DNA from: a bacterium
Lineage (GTDB): Bacteria > Zhuqueibacterota > Zhuqueibacteria > Residuimicrobiales > Krinioviventaceae
Reading direction: 5' to 3'
Length of the DNA stretch: 64,000 nucleotides
Assembly: GCA_963674595.2 (NCBI GenBank)
Contig: CAXXFV010000023.1
Coordinates: 64,001-128,000, forward strand
This document shows, in pieces, positions 42,821 through 53,649 of the stretch. Position numbers and translations under genes: made by a program. The notes beneath the pieces are model-generated. The model worked only from the letters and a program-made list of their open reading frames with translations, was not told where the DNA came from and ran no database searches. Each line of letters begins with the position of its first letter. The first letter of the stretch is position 1.

Positions 42821-43146
42821 GTGTGGCACGTGCCTTTAGGCCGTGTCAGCTTGCTAAAAGCGAAAGACCTTTTTACCTCTGATTTCCAGGCACATCTTTA
42901 TATATAATTCAGGATTGTTTTCTTTTAACAGATTGCTGTACCTTGTTGACATTTTTCCTTTGATTGCCTGCAAAATTACAGATATGTTATAATCTTTTTC
43001 TCGTAGGTTTTTAATCCCGTATTTAAAATAGGTGGAAAACCAGCCAAAGGTTAATCAGGAATGCCCATGTTTACCCAATTATCCTGAAAAACAAAACGTT
43101 GTGCTGATAAAAGAATTATACAAATTATATGAAAACCAAGCAAGTG
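42821..43146 (-). mobile_element. Internally deleted derivative of the RAYT locus (REP + rayT fragment + promoter-leader copy 3)
   Basis: REP 42821-42848; 42847-43001 closely matches 34019-34173; TTGCTT-17-TATAAT (43143-43115). Confidence 0.85.
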
Positions 43147-43160
43147 CCAAATCCCACGAT

Positions 43161-45227
43161 TTACTTTTTTTTATCCCAGAATATTGTCAGAAAAACAGGT
43201 TCATGATAGGGAACAGACTTTGTCAGTTGTAACTGAAATGTATCCTTTACTTTTATAATGGAAAAATTTTTACAGGGTTCCCAGTCTCCGGTAGCGGTCA
43301 GCAGTTCTGTTTTTTCAATTGTACGTTTGTCCGAGAACTTAAATTCCACCTTTTCCCAGGGGTCCAGGGACAAATTGAATAATCCCAAAAGTGTTTTATC
43401 ACCCAGGTCTTTGCGGAGTCCCAGCGGATAAACGCCGCCACGCACCAGTAAAGGTACATCGTCCCGACCCAGCCAGCGCACCATGTGCTGTAACTGTTCC
43501 CGGCGGAATGTGTGGTTATAGGCAACGCCGTAAGCTGTTGCCAAATCAAACGCCTGTACGATAATGCGTCCGCCAAGTTGGTTCTCATAAGCATAGGCAC
43601 AAACGTGGTGCCGTTTGGCATCCGGATCGACAATCCGGCTGATAATTTCGGCTTCGTCAACAGGTTCCATAATGCTAAAGTCCGGACGGCCGGTTAAATC
43701 CGGCATGGTGAGGGTCAGAAACTTTTTCTCTGCACCACCAAATTTTGGATTAAAAAATTCTTCGGCTGAAAAGGCTCCCAAATCGTTTAGAAAAACCGGA
43801 GAATTAATTGATTTGAGCCCGATCTCCCCACCAAATCCACGATCAAAAAGGATTTTAGCGGCGACTGCGTCCAGCCATATACCTTTGGATAAAAATCCAT
43901 GAATCTCCGAATCGTTAAAGGCGCGCAATTGCTGCCCGGAACTTGCCAGAATGTGAGAATTTTCATAGATTGTAGGTATACCGTGACTTTCCAGCATTTG
44001 CATCAAACACTCACCGTCTCCGGCGAGTTCTAAAAAATTGGTAGAGCTTTTCAGTTTTTTTTCATAACTGCTTTTTTCATGCACCAATATTTTAACACCG
44101 CGATAGGTGCCTGATTGTTGAGCGCGTCCCGCCAGGGCGTGAAAGAACGGTTTTTTCTCTTTCAGCAATTTCCCAAACATGGATTCACGTTCCATAGGCG
44201 TTCCGGCATGATCAAAAAGATTCAAGGTTACGCCGTCTGCTCCAAAGGCAAAGGAAATGGCCATTTGCAGAAATGTGAACGATGTGCTTTTGGAATATTG
44301 GGTAAAAGGAACGTTTTCAACTTCTGTCTGCTGAATGGTATCTGCGGGCAGCATGTGGCGTGTTAACTTGATAGAATCGTGAGAATAATATAAACCACGC
44401 AAAGTCGCTTCGTGGTAATGGCCCAGCGGCGGACGACTGTAAAGAGGTTTGCCGTCGGCAACAGCGTGCGCAAAATCGTGCCATCGCCGCCCTTCCATAG
44501 CATGACCTCGTACGTCGCTGGACATGAGTCCCAGCCGGGTGTTCGGAGAGGTTTTGTGGACCACTTTGGCTAAAAAATCGACCAATTCAATCATCACGTC
44601 GCCCTGCATGTCCAGAAATTCACTACGCCAGGGATGCGGATCGCCCGGTTTGAGTATCGCTTCAACCAGTGTCTCACGGGTGACTTTTTCGCCGATTCGG
44701 TCGGAAAATCGCTCAATATGCAGGTGACAAAAACAACTATAGCGCACCGGACGGTGAAAAAAAGTCCGTAAATCATCTTCCATCCAAATGACATGCGGTT
44801 TGGTTTCTGCGTACATGGTCCAGATTTTGGCAACATGCTCGCGCCATGCCAAAGACATGGGACAGGCACAGGCCATGCATTCCGTGCCGTCGTGTCCCAC
44901 CATTGTTCGAAGAGCGGGGATATAGGTTCGCGAGTCCCGTCCACGGTCGTTGTGTCCCACGGTAATCCAGGGATTGATTGAAAACACAATCCCCAGTTTG
45001 TCCATTTCCGCCTTTATTTCGAATAAATGCGGTTGATATTTTCTGATCCAGTCCAGCGGCGGCTGACCATGCGAAAACTCTTCGGTATCAACTTTAACAA
45101 TCAGTTCGTCAACACCATATTGCGGCAGATATTCAATTAATTCTTTTAAATTTTCTTCAAAACTCCAGGGCGGCAGTGTACGACGCAACGCATACCAGGC
45201 ATTTGTTTGTTTCTGTGTTAAAGGCAT
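43161..45227 (-). CDS. Hypothetical glycoside-hydrolase-like TIM-barrel protein (GH42-like architecture)
   Basis: W.TVGH, CMACACP, WMEDD, CFC.LH, trimerisation-like C-region. Confidence 0.5.
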   Translation of the reverse strand: MPLTQKQTNAWYALRRTLPPWSFEENLKELIEYLPQYGVDELIVKVDTEEFSHGQPPLDWIRKYQPHLFEIKAEMDKLGIVFSINPWITVGHNDRGRDSRTYIPALRTMVGHDGTECMACACPMSLAWREHVAKIWTMYAETKPHVIWMEDDLRTFFHRPVRYSCFCHLHIERFSDRIGEKVTRETLVEAILKPGDPHPWRSEFLDMQGDVMIELVDFLAKVVHKTSPNTRLGLMSSDVRGHAMEGRRWHDFAHAVADGKPLYSRPPLGHYHEATLRGLYYSHDSIKLTRHMLPADTIQQTEVENVPFTQYSKSTSFTFLQMAISFAFGADGVTLNLFDHAGTPMERESMFGKLLKEKKPFFHALAGRAQQSGTYRGVKILVHEKSSYEKKLKSSTNFLELAGDGECLMQMLESHGIPTIYENSHILASSGQQLRAFNDSEIHGFLSKGIWLDAVAAKILFDRGFGGEIGLKSINSPVFLNDLGAFSAEEFFNPKFGGAEKKFLTLTMPDLTGRPDFSIMEPVDEAEIISRIVDPDAKRHHVCAYAYENQLGGRIIVQAFDLATAYGVAYNHTFRREQLQHMVRWLGRDDVPLLVRGGVYPLGLRKDLGDKTLLGLFNLSLDPWEKVEFKFSDKRTIEKTELLTATGDWEPCKNFSIIKVKDTFQLQLTKSVPYHEPVFLTIFWDKKK

Positions 45228-45447
45228 TGGGACAAACTCCGGTTGAAAATAATCGTTGGGAAATATAGATAAAAAATAAATTATAACATTTTAGCTAAAA
45301 TTACTGATTGAATGTTAAAAAGACAATGTTTTATTACCTTTGGTTGCCTCAGATTTGATAATCATGATTTTTTGTAACTTTTAGACTCATAACTTCTATC
45401 CAATATACATTAATTTATTTTTGTAGTTGAAATAAAGCGATAAAAAT

Positions 45448-45476
45448 ATTGACTTTTGTAAAAAGTTAATTATATT
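45448..45476 (+). promoter_or_regulatory. Putative promoter overlapped by an inverted repeat (operator)
   Basis: TTGACT-16-TATATT; ATTGACTTTT-gta-AAAAGTTAAT (9/10 dyad). Confidence 0.45.
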
Positions 45477-45523
45477 GGTAATATAGGTTGGCATTAATTA
45501 AAGGATAACTATTTATTAACGTA

Positions 45524-46543
45524 TTGATGTACATCAAGCAAATTAAAAACATTGTATTAGTATCTGATTATGTTCAAACACAAAGTGAACAATTAGAATC
45601 AGCTGCAAAGAAACAAGGTGTTATCTTTAGGCAAGCTAGTGCATCTAGTACCGATACATTGCAGAAAGCAATAATACAACGTTTCTCAAACAAAATACTT
45701 CTTTATACCAATGTTGATGAGTTTAAATTGAATATCAATGCACATATTGATGATCTCATTTTTCCATACTGGTTTGGTAAACATTCAAGAAATTCACAAT
45801 CGTTAATACCAGCACTATGTGAATTGTATAATATTAAATATATTGGAGGAGATGCATATACCAGAATAGTTTGTAATGATAAAATACTATCAAAAGAAAT
45901 AGCTGTTCAGGCTGGTTTTAAAACACCAAATTATATTATTATTAGATCATTGAACGAAATTAACTCATCATTTGATGTAATCTCATATCCATCTGTAATT
46001 AAACCTATTTATGAAGGCGCTTCTATCGGAATTACTCAAAGAAACAAAGTTAATAATAAAGATGAAGCTTATGAAATTGCTAAGCATTTGTTTATTGAAT
46101 TTGAACAACCAATCCTAATTGAAGATTTTATACCTGGCAAGGAAGTAAATATTTGTCTTCTTGGATATGGTAAAAATGTTAAACTAATGAATTCGACTGA
46201 ATGGTATTTAAAAGAGGATGAGGAATTCTTTATAAACAATTTAAATACCACACAAGAAAAGAAAAGTGGAAAATATATACATTGTGTCCGAAATGTTTCA
46301 GATAAAATACCAGAATATGTTTTTAACTCTAGCAAACAAATCTTTTCATGGCTTGATAAAGTTGAAATTCTAAGAATTGATGGAAAACTTTTTAATAACG
46401 ATTTTTATCTTATTGAGCTCACATCTATGCCACACTTAGGGATGTCTGAGTACACTCTTTCTCTTATGATGAATAATTACAGCTATGAGGATATAATCGA
46501 AAAAATTATCAAATATGCCGTCTATGGTTATTCAGTCGAATAA
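45524..46543 (+). CDS. D-Ala-D-Ala-ligase-like ATP-grasp enzyme (divergent)
   Basis: YIGGD..CNDK, VIKPIYEGASIGI, IEDFIPGKE, RIDG, LIELTSMP. Confidence 0.8.
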   Translation: MMYIKQIKNIVLVSDYVQTQSEQLESAAKKQGVIFRQASASSTDTLQKAIIQRFSNKILLYTNVDEFKLNINAHIDDLIFPYWFGKHSRNSQSLIPALCELYNIKYIGGDAYTRIVCNDKILSKEIAVQAGFKTPNYIIIRSLNEINSSFDVISYPSVIKPIYEGASIGITQRNKVNNKDEAYEIAKHLFIEFEQPILIEDFIPGKEVNICLLGYGKNVKLMNSTEWYLKEDEEFFINNLNTTQEKKSGKYIHCVRNVSDKIPEYVFNSSKQIFSWLDKVEILRIDGKLFNNDFYLIELTSMPHLGMSEYTLSLMMNNYSYEDIIEKIIKYAVYGYSVE

Positions 46544-46558
46544 TATAAGAATATTATT

Positions 46559-47230
46559 ATGGAATTTCCTGATGTACTAGACAAAAATCCCTATCCAGGA
46601 AAACTAATTGCACTATGCGGAGTTGATGGGTCAGGTAAAACAACACAATTAGTTTCGATTAGTAATTTTCTCAAAAAAAATGGGTATGATGTTGCTACTA
46701 CTATGCAACATACTGATAGCATGAAAGAATATCCTATAATGAAAAATTTTAATCTTTACCCAAAAATTCGTTCAGAGATTGATTTTAGAGCAATAATATG
46801 CTTATCAATTGGGGATAGATTACAACATTTACATTCAATAATAAAACCTGAACTTAAATCTGGAAAGATCGTTATAACTGATAGATATATCTATTCTTTA
46901 TTAGTATTTATCCTCTCTTTTAATTATCCATTACAGAATTGGATATTGGAGCTATTTTCATTTTTTATTGCGCCAGATATTACCTTTTTATTCACGGCAA
47001 GAATAGATGTTATTTCAAGAAGAATTTTGGAGAGAAATAACGAAGAGGATAGAGATATTAATTATATTTCACTAAAAGTTGAACAAGATTGGTTTTACAA
47101 AATTTCTCAAAATTACAAATTTGAGATTATTGAAACCTCAGAGATGAATAAAGATGATGTTTTCAAGTTTCTTAAACAAAAGCTTATAAATGTTATTCAA
47201 ATAAATGAAGGAAATCGAATGTCCAATTAA
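46559..47230 (+). CDS. Thymidylate (dTMP) kinase family protein
   Basis: LCGVDGSGKTT, DRLQH, VITDRY, PDITF. Confidence 0.88.
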   Translation: MEFPDVLDKNPYPGKLIALCGVDGSGKTTQLVSISNFLKKNGYDVATTMQHTDSMKEYPIMKNFNLYPKIRSEIDFRAIICLSIGDRLQHLHSIIKPELKSGKIVITDRYIYSLLVFILSFNYPLQNWILELFSFFIAPDITFLFTARIDVISRRILERNNEEDRDINYISLKVEQDWFYKISQNYKFEIIETSEMNKDDVFKFLKQKLINVIQINEGNRMSN

Positions 47231-49584
47231 CAAGGTTTATAGTCTTAAACGATTGAACTTGAGAATCCTTTTTATAGCTAGTATTTCCCAAAAATCTTTC
47301 ATTCCAACAAGCTTGACGTAATATTGATGGAATTTTGGTACCTTTTTTATAATACAAATGAGACAAAGCTTTGTTTTTTATTGATTTGTAAAATAAATAA
47401 GCATTGTAATAAAAAATTTTCACTAACTCATAATCTAATATTTCTCGATTTTTTTCGGTTTCCATCTCCTCAAGAATAAATTCAAACGATGTTTGCTTTT
47501 GGTTTTCAGCATATAGTACTAACAAATTATTTAAGACAATAAAGCGATCTCTAAAGTTTGATATGTTGTTTAGAACTCCCAATAGCTTTTCTTCAATAGA
47601 ATTGAATTCATAATTTCCTTTTCGAATAAAAAGTACAGCAAAATTGTTTTCTACTAGAGAGTATTTATAATAATATTTTGTAGATATTTTTTTTGCTTTA
47701 TTAAGTTCATCTTCAGCTTTTTCAAATACACAATCTTTTAAATAAAATCTAGCTAAAGAAATATGGGTAGACATAACTTGTAGTTCATTTTTACTCTCGC
47801 TAAAACCCTTTAATGATAATTTTAAAAACTTTAATTTATACTTTCTTTCCTTGTCATCATACATGAGAAAATCAGCACATTTATAAAAATAAGGTTCAAT
47901 GTCTGTCCTTTCAAATGTTTTCAAATTTCTATGTTTGTTCCATAACAGCTTTGCTTCTTCAATCATGTTATTGGCTCTGTATGAAGATATCAATGATATA
48001 ATTGCCCCCCTTTTTAGTTTAGCATTATGTGAACTACTAACTATATTCATGCCTATTCGTTTTGCATCATCAATTTTACCATCTAACCCCATGGATGTTA
48101 AATTAATTAAAAGTAATAGAGCATCTTTTTTATACTTATCAGTAATTCCCTTAGCTTTTTTATAATTATAAGTTCTATAATAAATCAAAGGCTAGTTTTT
48201 TATCGAAAGCAGGGATTATTTTACTATCACTTTTTAATAATCGTTCTTTAAGATCTTCTAGATTTTATTATGCATCTTTCAATAGATAATAGTCTGGGGA
48301 TAAGCTTAATAGCTCCATTTAGAATATAATGAAACTCACTTTGATTGGTCACTTTAGACGAGAAAAAAATTAACTGGGTAAGGCAACGGTATTTTGGCAT
48401 ATATATATCATAATCATTGTTAAATAAGGATCGGTAGATATTAAGCCAGATATTAATAGAGATAATACGATATTTTTCTAATGCAGTCTCTTTCAATAAA
48501 AACGAAATTATACTGTCATGCTTAATTTTAAAACTGTCATCCTCTTTATAAATTAAATCTTTTTCTTTTAGTATTCTTTCGACAAGTTCATTCGTATTTA
48601 TAACAGGAGTAGTTGTTGTGAAGTGCCTATGCTTTATAAATAAATCAAGGAGTTCTTCTGAAACATAACCATCATGTAATGCAATTCCGCACATTAACAG
48701 TTGTAATATTTTATTTAAAGAAAAAATTCTAATAGAATCAATTTCATCATATTTAATTCTTTTTTCTTGTTTTATTTTAATATTTTGGAGCATTTGTAAT
48801 TTATGTAGATTTCCTGATGATTCCTCGTAGGATCCTTTTACCAGATTCAGATATTCCTTTGGTGAATTTTGAAATGCGGTTATTATATCAACTAATGGCA
48901 ACTTTTAAGGTTACATTTATGTAAATATATATTATTGCTTATAAAATAACTGCTTAGAGCGTCTATTTCAATACTTACTTCCTCGCTTTTAGTGTACTCC
49001 AATATTAAATAAATCTTGTTTTTAAGTAGAAAACGATAAAAACAATTTAAGGAGTACGAATCAATAATTTGAGAATTATCAACTAACACATAAAAGTATT
49101 GTTCATTAAGAGCATACTCAATATACTTGGTCGCTTCATAAACTACTGAATCACTTGAATAGAATAACGTTTGATTTAATATTTTAGATTCATAGCCTAT
49201 ATCTTTTGTAAGTTGTTCTGATATTTTTTTTAACCTAGTAATATCTGCTACTGCTGCTGATATATACTTTTTAATATCAACCTTCTTGTACTTAATAAAC
49301 TCAACGAATGAAAATAAATTTGAGTCATTTGCATTGGAATAGTCATTAATAGCTATAGCAAGTTGTCTCACAAATAATCCTTCAACATTTGCATTATTTT
49401 TATGTCTTGCAATTTTGACATGTAATTTTGCCAAATTACATTCATCTAATGCTTTCTCAATCAATGAAGATTTACCAATGCCAGATTCTGCTGTTATTAA
49501 TAGTACTCGAGAAGCTCCTTTATAATTTTTAAAATCTTTTATTAAGAAGGCTTTTTCATATATCCTGTTTATAAAAGGAGTCAT
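47193..49584 (-). CDS. STAND/AAA16-like NTPase with helical/TPR C-terminus (~800 aa; split into three ORFs by homopolymer indels)
   Basis: FINR start, Walker A AESGIGKS, Walker B VLVDNSQ, FKIKHDSI, TPR-like NNFAVL/NNLLVL; apparent indels at ~48903, ~48265, ~48189. Confidence 0.7.
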
Positions 49585-49748
49585 AATAAATAGTTATCCT
49601 TTAAAGCAAATTAATTCATCGTCCAAAACAAGACAAAATTTTGCAATAAAAGGATTTTAAATATCACAGTTATCAAAAAGCAGGATGTGGTGATTTTGTT
49701 GCCTGATTAAGTAATCAAAATTGTTGAAAAATGGATACTTCCCCTGTG

Positions 49749-50684
49749 TCAAGCGGTTAACACAATTTTTTCGCGTGGGTGTTTTTGGGCGAGAATTTGT
49801 TTTTGTTTTTCATTGGTAACATGCGTGTAAATTTGTGTAGTGTGAATACTGCTATGGCCCAACAGATGTTGGATGTATCTCAAATCCACGCCTGCTTCCA
49901 AAAGTTGTGTTGCAAAGCTGTGCCTGAACATGTGTGGTGTTATATTTTTTGTGGACTTTATTTCCGAAACATACTTTTTTATCATAAATCGAACGGACTG
50001 TTCGGACAGGCGGTTGTAATTTCGATTCAGAAAAAAATGATTTGATCTTCTGCTTTCATTATGAAATAACCTGGAATATTCTTTTAGTACGTGAAGGACC
50101 TCTTTGTGGCAAATTTGACTCATTCTTTCCTTTCGGCCTTTGCCCTTAATTTTTAAATCACCTGTACTTAAATGGATATCTAAAGTCTGTAAATTACACA
50201 ACTCAGATACCCGCATCCCTGTTGCATACAATACTTCGAGAACACAAATATCCCGGACAATATTTTGATATGCCTTTCCAGGTTTACACATGTGCTTTTT
50301 CAAGTAAACATGTTTTAATAATTCTTCTATTTCCTTCATAGTAAAAGTTTTGGGTAATGCTTTTTCTTCCTGAATTTTAATCCGTATTTTTCGAAAGGGG
50401 TTAGTCTCGATTATATCTTCATACTCATAATAATTGAGCATAGCTTTGAGGGATGCTATTTTCCTTTTAACTGTTTTGGGTTTATATTGAGACATTATAT
50501 CTTGAAGAAATTGTTTGAGAATGACCCTATCTATTTTTTGAATGGATTCTGGAAAATTTTTCTCCGACAAAAAGGTTTGAAATTGGTACAAATCAATTCG
50601 ATATGCTTTGATAGACTTGGGGTCCAGATTTTTTTCTAATCGACAATATGTCAAAAATTTTTCAATGCAGGTTTCCAGTCGCAT
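49749..50684 (-). CDS. XerC/D-like tyrosine recombinase
   Basis: SAM-like N-domain; [33 protein letters not shown]. Confidence 0.95.
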   Translation of the reverse strand: MRLETCIEKFLTYCRLEKNLDPKSIKAYRIDLYQFQTFLSEKNFPESIQKIDRVILKQFLQDIMSQYKPKTVKRKIASLKAMLNYYEYEDIIETNPFRKIRIKIQEEKALPKTFTMKEIEELLKHVYLKKHMCKPGKAYQNIVRDICVLEVLYATGMRVSELCNLQTLDIHLSTGDLKIKGKGRKERMSQICHKEVLHVLKEYSRLFHNESRRSNHFFLNRNYNRLSEQSVRFMIKKYVSEIKSTKNITPHMFRHSFATQLLEAGVDLRYIQHLLGHSSIHTTQIYTHVTNEKQKQILAQKHPREKIVLTA

Positions 50685-50712
50685 AACTTACTTTCTCCAT
50701 TCAACAGAATAT

Positions 50713-50740
50713 CGTGGGGATAATAGTCTAATAGTTATTT
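50713..50740. other. dif-like candidate recombination site upstream of the recombinase
   Basis: CGTGGGGATAA-TAGTCT-AATAGTTATTT, 11-6-11 layout; 8/11 and 5/11 matches to E. coli dif arms. Confidence 0.45.
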
Positions 50741-51436
50741 GTTTTCACAAAGTTATTCAATAATTGGTTGATTTTACAAAAATTATAATAATATATCCTC
50801 TCATCTCTTCGTAGCGCACATTTGGATGGTGCTTTTTCATTGAGTAAAAACCAAATCCAAAATTTTAATCTCCCCAACCGTATAAAAAATACTTGTAACT
50901 TACTATTTGAGTTTAGCATCAAGTCAGAGCTTTTATTGAATTACTCCAATCAATAAAAGATCGTGAGAAACCAGGATTAATTAAATATTATGATGAAAAA
51001 GCAGACAATCTTAGTGGGACTACAAGTGGAATAGGCATGAACTAACTTGTTGAGGAACGATATATCAAAGGGTTATTGTGTCCGATTTTACTATTGTGAT
51101 GAAAAAGATAATATATTACTTTTTAAATTTATGCTTAAATTTTTTTGGTTATATCGAACAAAAAAAATCATTATAACATTATATTGAAAAACAAAAACAC
51201 CTCATATCAATATACACTGATCGTGGTTAAGAATAACAATCATCCGTCAGTTTTTGTTTGCCTATAAATATTCCTTCAATATCAAGTTTTATGACATTTT
51301 AAAACAAAACTTTCACGCTGCTGTGCCACCAATATTCAGGTTTAAAAACAATCCTTTCTTATCAGGATTATAATATATGTTTTCTAATTTTACAAGTAAA
51401 AACTCTGGTATATAAATTATTTTTGATGGCGTTTTT

Positions 51437-53554
51437 TTACTGAATTTTTAACATGGCACATCCACGTTCTAACGGAACATCTAATGCTACGACACCATTT
51501 TTTTCTGTCAATTCTATGGGTTGCCATTCTGTCTTGCCCGGATGGATGATCATTGCGTGAAAAGAATCATTACCGGACTGCTTTTGCAAATGGCGTAACT
51601 CAATTCGGCACGTTTCAGACTTTTCTCCAAAAGTAACCGGTACCACATAACCATCTGCTATGGAAAAGAGATTGGCTTTGGCTGAATTTTCCGCCACAGT
51701 GACGGCATGAGGTTCAAGCACCCACTGCTTTCCACGCAGGGCATCCAACATGGGGCCGTAATCAAAATAAATTTTATCCACATTATCCGAAGGTACGATT
51801 GTGTGATCATTGCCCGGCAGTGGGGCTGTTAAATAAGCACCCATATACAGGTGGCGTTGAAAATAGGCGTCCGGGGTTTGGTCGAGTTCCGGGACCATAA
51901 TTGTCCAGGCCATAATCGGTTTACGCAACGCCAGTAAAGCGCACAGGTTCATACTGTGTCCCATTTGCCCAAACTCATCATAAATACCGTCAATATATTC
52001 CAATAAATCCAATCGACGATAATGCGGATTACAGTAGATCACTTTATCATTTTCATGCATTACCTTACCGATTTTCCGGATAACGTTATACCAGGAGATG
52101 ACCAAAGAACGCGCCGGTTTATTATTGACCCAACTCAGGCCGTCATCAAATTTGGGATTATAAAATTTTAGCCAATCCATGCGGTCAATACAAATACCGG
52201 AACTTGAAGGGAATTTTTCCACATGAAGTTTTGCCTGGTCTGCTAGAAATTGCTGATAAACCGGATCACCCGGGTCCATGGCCACACAGCCTTTCCAGGA
52301 TGGGATGGGTTTATCGTCACCTTCGCGCACAAGTATGGCATCGTTTAACACATTGTAAATATAATCATTGGCGTCTTTCCACAAGTCCTGATCGTTTATC
52401 GCTTTTCGAGGCGGCGGCGGGTATACAATGTCCCTGCCGAATTCTGTTACATTAAAATAACAAAGGACATAAAATCCCATGTTGGTAAAGAAATTTATAT
52501 CTTTTCTCATATTGTTTATCGAGTTGGGTTTTGATTTCATATCAATCCACTCTATTTTGTCATTCTTTACCGGCGGTACAAACATACCCATATAGGGAAA
52601 GTCGAAACTGGCTTTCCAGTTTACTTTGAAGGACATCCGTTTCAAACGTTCTGCATCGAAATCCACGGCATGACTCGAATATGCGCCGCAGCCGGCCATT
52701 TCCTGAACATGAGGATTTGGCGGGTTAAAAAACTGGGGATACTTGTCCACCAGCCACCCCAGGCCACAGCGCCAATCCGCTTCATGTCGGACCAGATCCA
52801 TCGAGAATGTAACAGGCGTTTCTGCTGAAATCCGGTGACAGGTGCGGGAAATTGTCATTTGTCCGGTAGATGTCACATCAAGTTCCATGTCAAAAATGAG
52901 GTCTTGAGGGGACATAACCAGACTGATACCGTTATCCTTTTCAGAATCAAACACAGAAACCAAAGGATGGCAAAACGTTTGAGGAAGGGTGTGTTTACGG
53001 CCTCCGTAAAAAAGGGATGCGTCTGTAAAAGCAATCGGCATTAAGGGGTCCGTCCACCATATTCCGTCGTCAACATCCCCCAGTCGTTTGCCTTCAGCAG
53101 CGTCAGGACGATTGTCTCCCCAGGCTGTCCACCATGAAAGTCCAGCCGTGTTTTGCCATTCCAGTTGGGTTGTGATTGCGGTTGTCCAGGGTGCATCTTT
53201 ACCAATGATTTCAAATTCCCAATGCAGACCGTCTTTTGTCGGTGTAAACCGTTCTATCAATACACATTGTTTGCCATTTTTTTTATGACGGAGGTTTTTA
53301 CGGAATTCCTTTGTGCCGTTATTTAATACCCGGCTTTCGATTTTATCTGTTATAATACAATCGGCAAGTTTGGTTTGTGCCGTTAATCCGGTTATTACGT
53401 TCACATTCGATGATTCATGAACAATCCCCCTGGCATCAACTGAGAATAAATTTGGACCGGCGAAATCGTTAGTTTGGCAGCAAATAAAGGTAAGAAAAAA
53501 AAGGACGATTAAAAATATTTTATCAAGTAAAGGGTTCAATTTTTTCAAGTACAT
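51437..53554 (-). CDS. Hypothetical lipoprotein, glycoside-hydrolase-like
   Basis: Lipobox FICC; YFNVTEFG, MDPG, GICIDRMD, DGIYDE. Confidence 0.5.
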   Translation of the reverse strand: MYLKKLNPLLDKIFLIVLFFLTFICCQTNDFAGPNLFSVDARGIVHESSNVNVITGLTAQTKLADCIITDKIESRVLNNGTKEFRKNLRHKKNGKQCVLIERFTPTKDGLHWEFEIIGKDAPWTTAITTQLEWQNTAGLSWWTAWGDNRPDAAEGKRLGDVDDGIWWTDPLMPIAFTDASLFYGGRKHTLPQTFCHPLVSVFDSEKDNGISLVMSPQDLIFDMELDVTSTGQMTISRTCHRISAETPVTFSMDLVRHEADWRCGLGWLVDKYPQFFNPPNPHVQEMAGCGAYSSHAVDFDAERLKRMSFKVNWKASFDFPYMGMFVPPVKNDKIEWIDMKSKPNSINNMRKDINFFTNMGFYVLCYFNVTEFGRDIVYPPPPRKAINDQDLWKDANDYIYNVLNDAILVREGDDKPIPSWKGCVAMDPGDPVYQQFLADQAKLHVEKFPSSSGICIDRMDWLKFYNPKFDDGLSWVNNKPARSLVISWYNVIRKIGKVMHENDKVIYCNPHYRRLDLLEYIDGIYDEFGQMGHSMNLCALLALRKPIMAWTIMVPELDQTPDAYFQRHLYMGAYLTAPLPGNDHTIVPSDNVDKIYFDYGPMLDALRGKQWVLEPHAVTVAENSAKANLFSIADGYVVPVTFGEKSETCRIELRHLQKQSGNDSFHAMIIHPGKTEWQPIELTEKNGVVALDVPLERGCAMLKIQ

Positions 53555-53649
53555 AAAATTTCTCCTTTCGGTTTTCCGACAGCCAGACTAAAGCTCTTTC
53601 AGAGATTCCGTCACCCGGTATATTCAATACTTGGTCATAAATATTTCAG

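Noticed and set aside
45524-46543. Housekeeping ddl or a van resistance ligase
   Set aside because: The Ddl N-terminal motif is missing, the C-terminal motif is altered, and there are no mur/van neighbours
48285-48295. GATAATAGTCT identical to the core of the dif-like site at 50719-50729
   Set aside because: An 11-bp AT-rich match inside coding sequence with no arm similarity; plausibly chance
47193-49584. Three separate genes
   Set aside because: Junctions coincide with homopolymers and read through as one NTPase-TPR after single-base corrections
51200-51340. c-di-GMP riboswitch (GGCAAAC on the minus strand)
   Set aside because: No GAAA tetraloop stem or GACGCAAAG element follows
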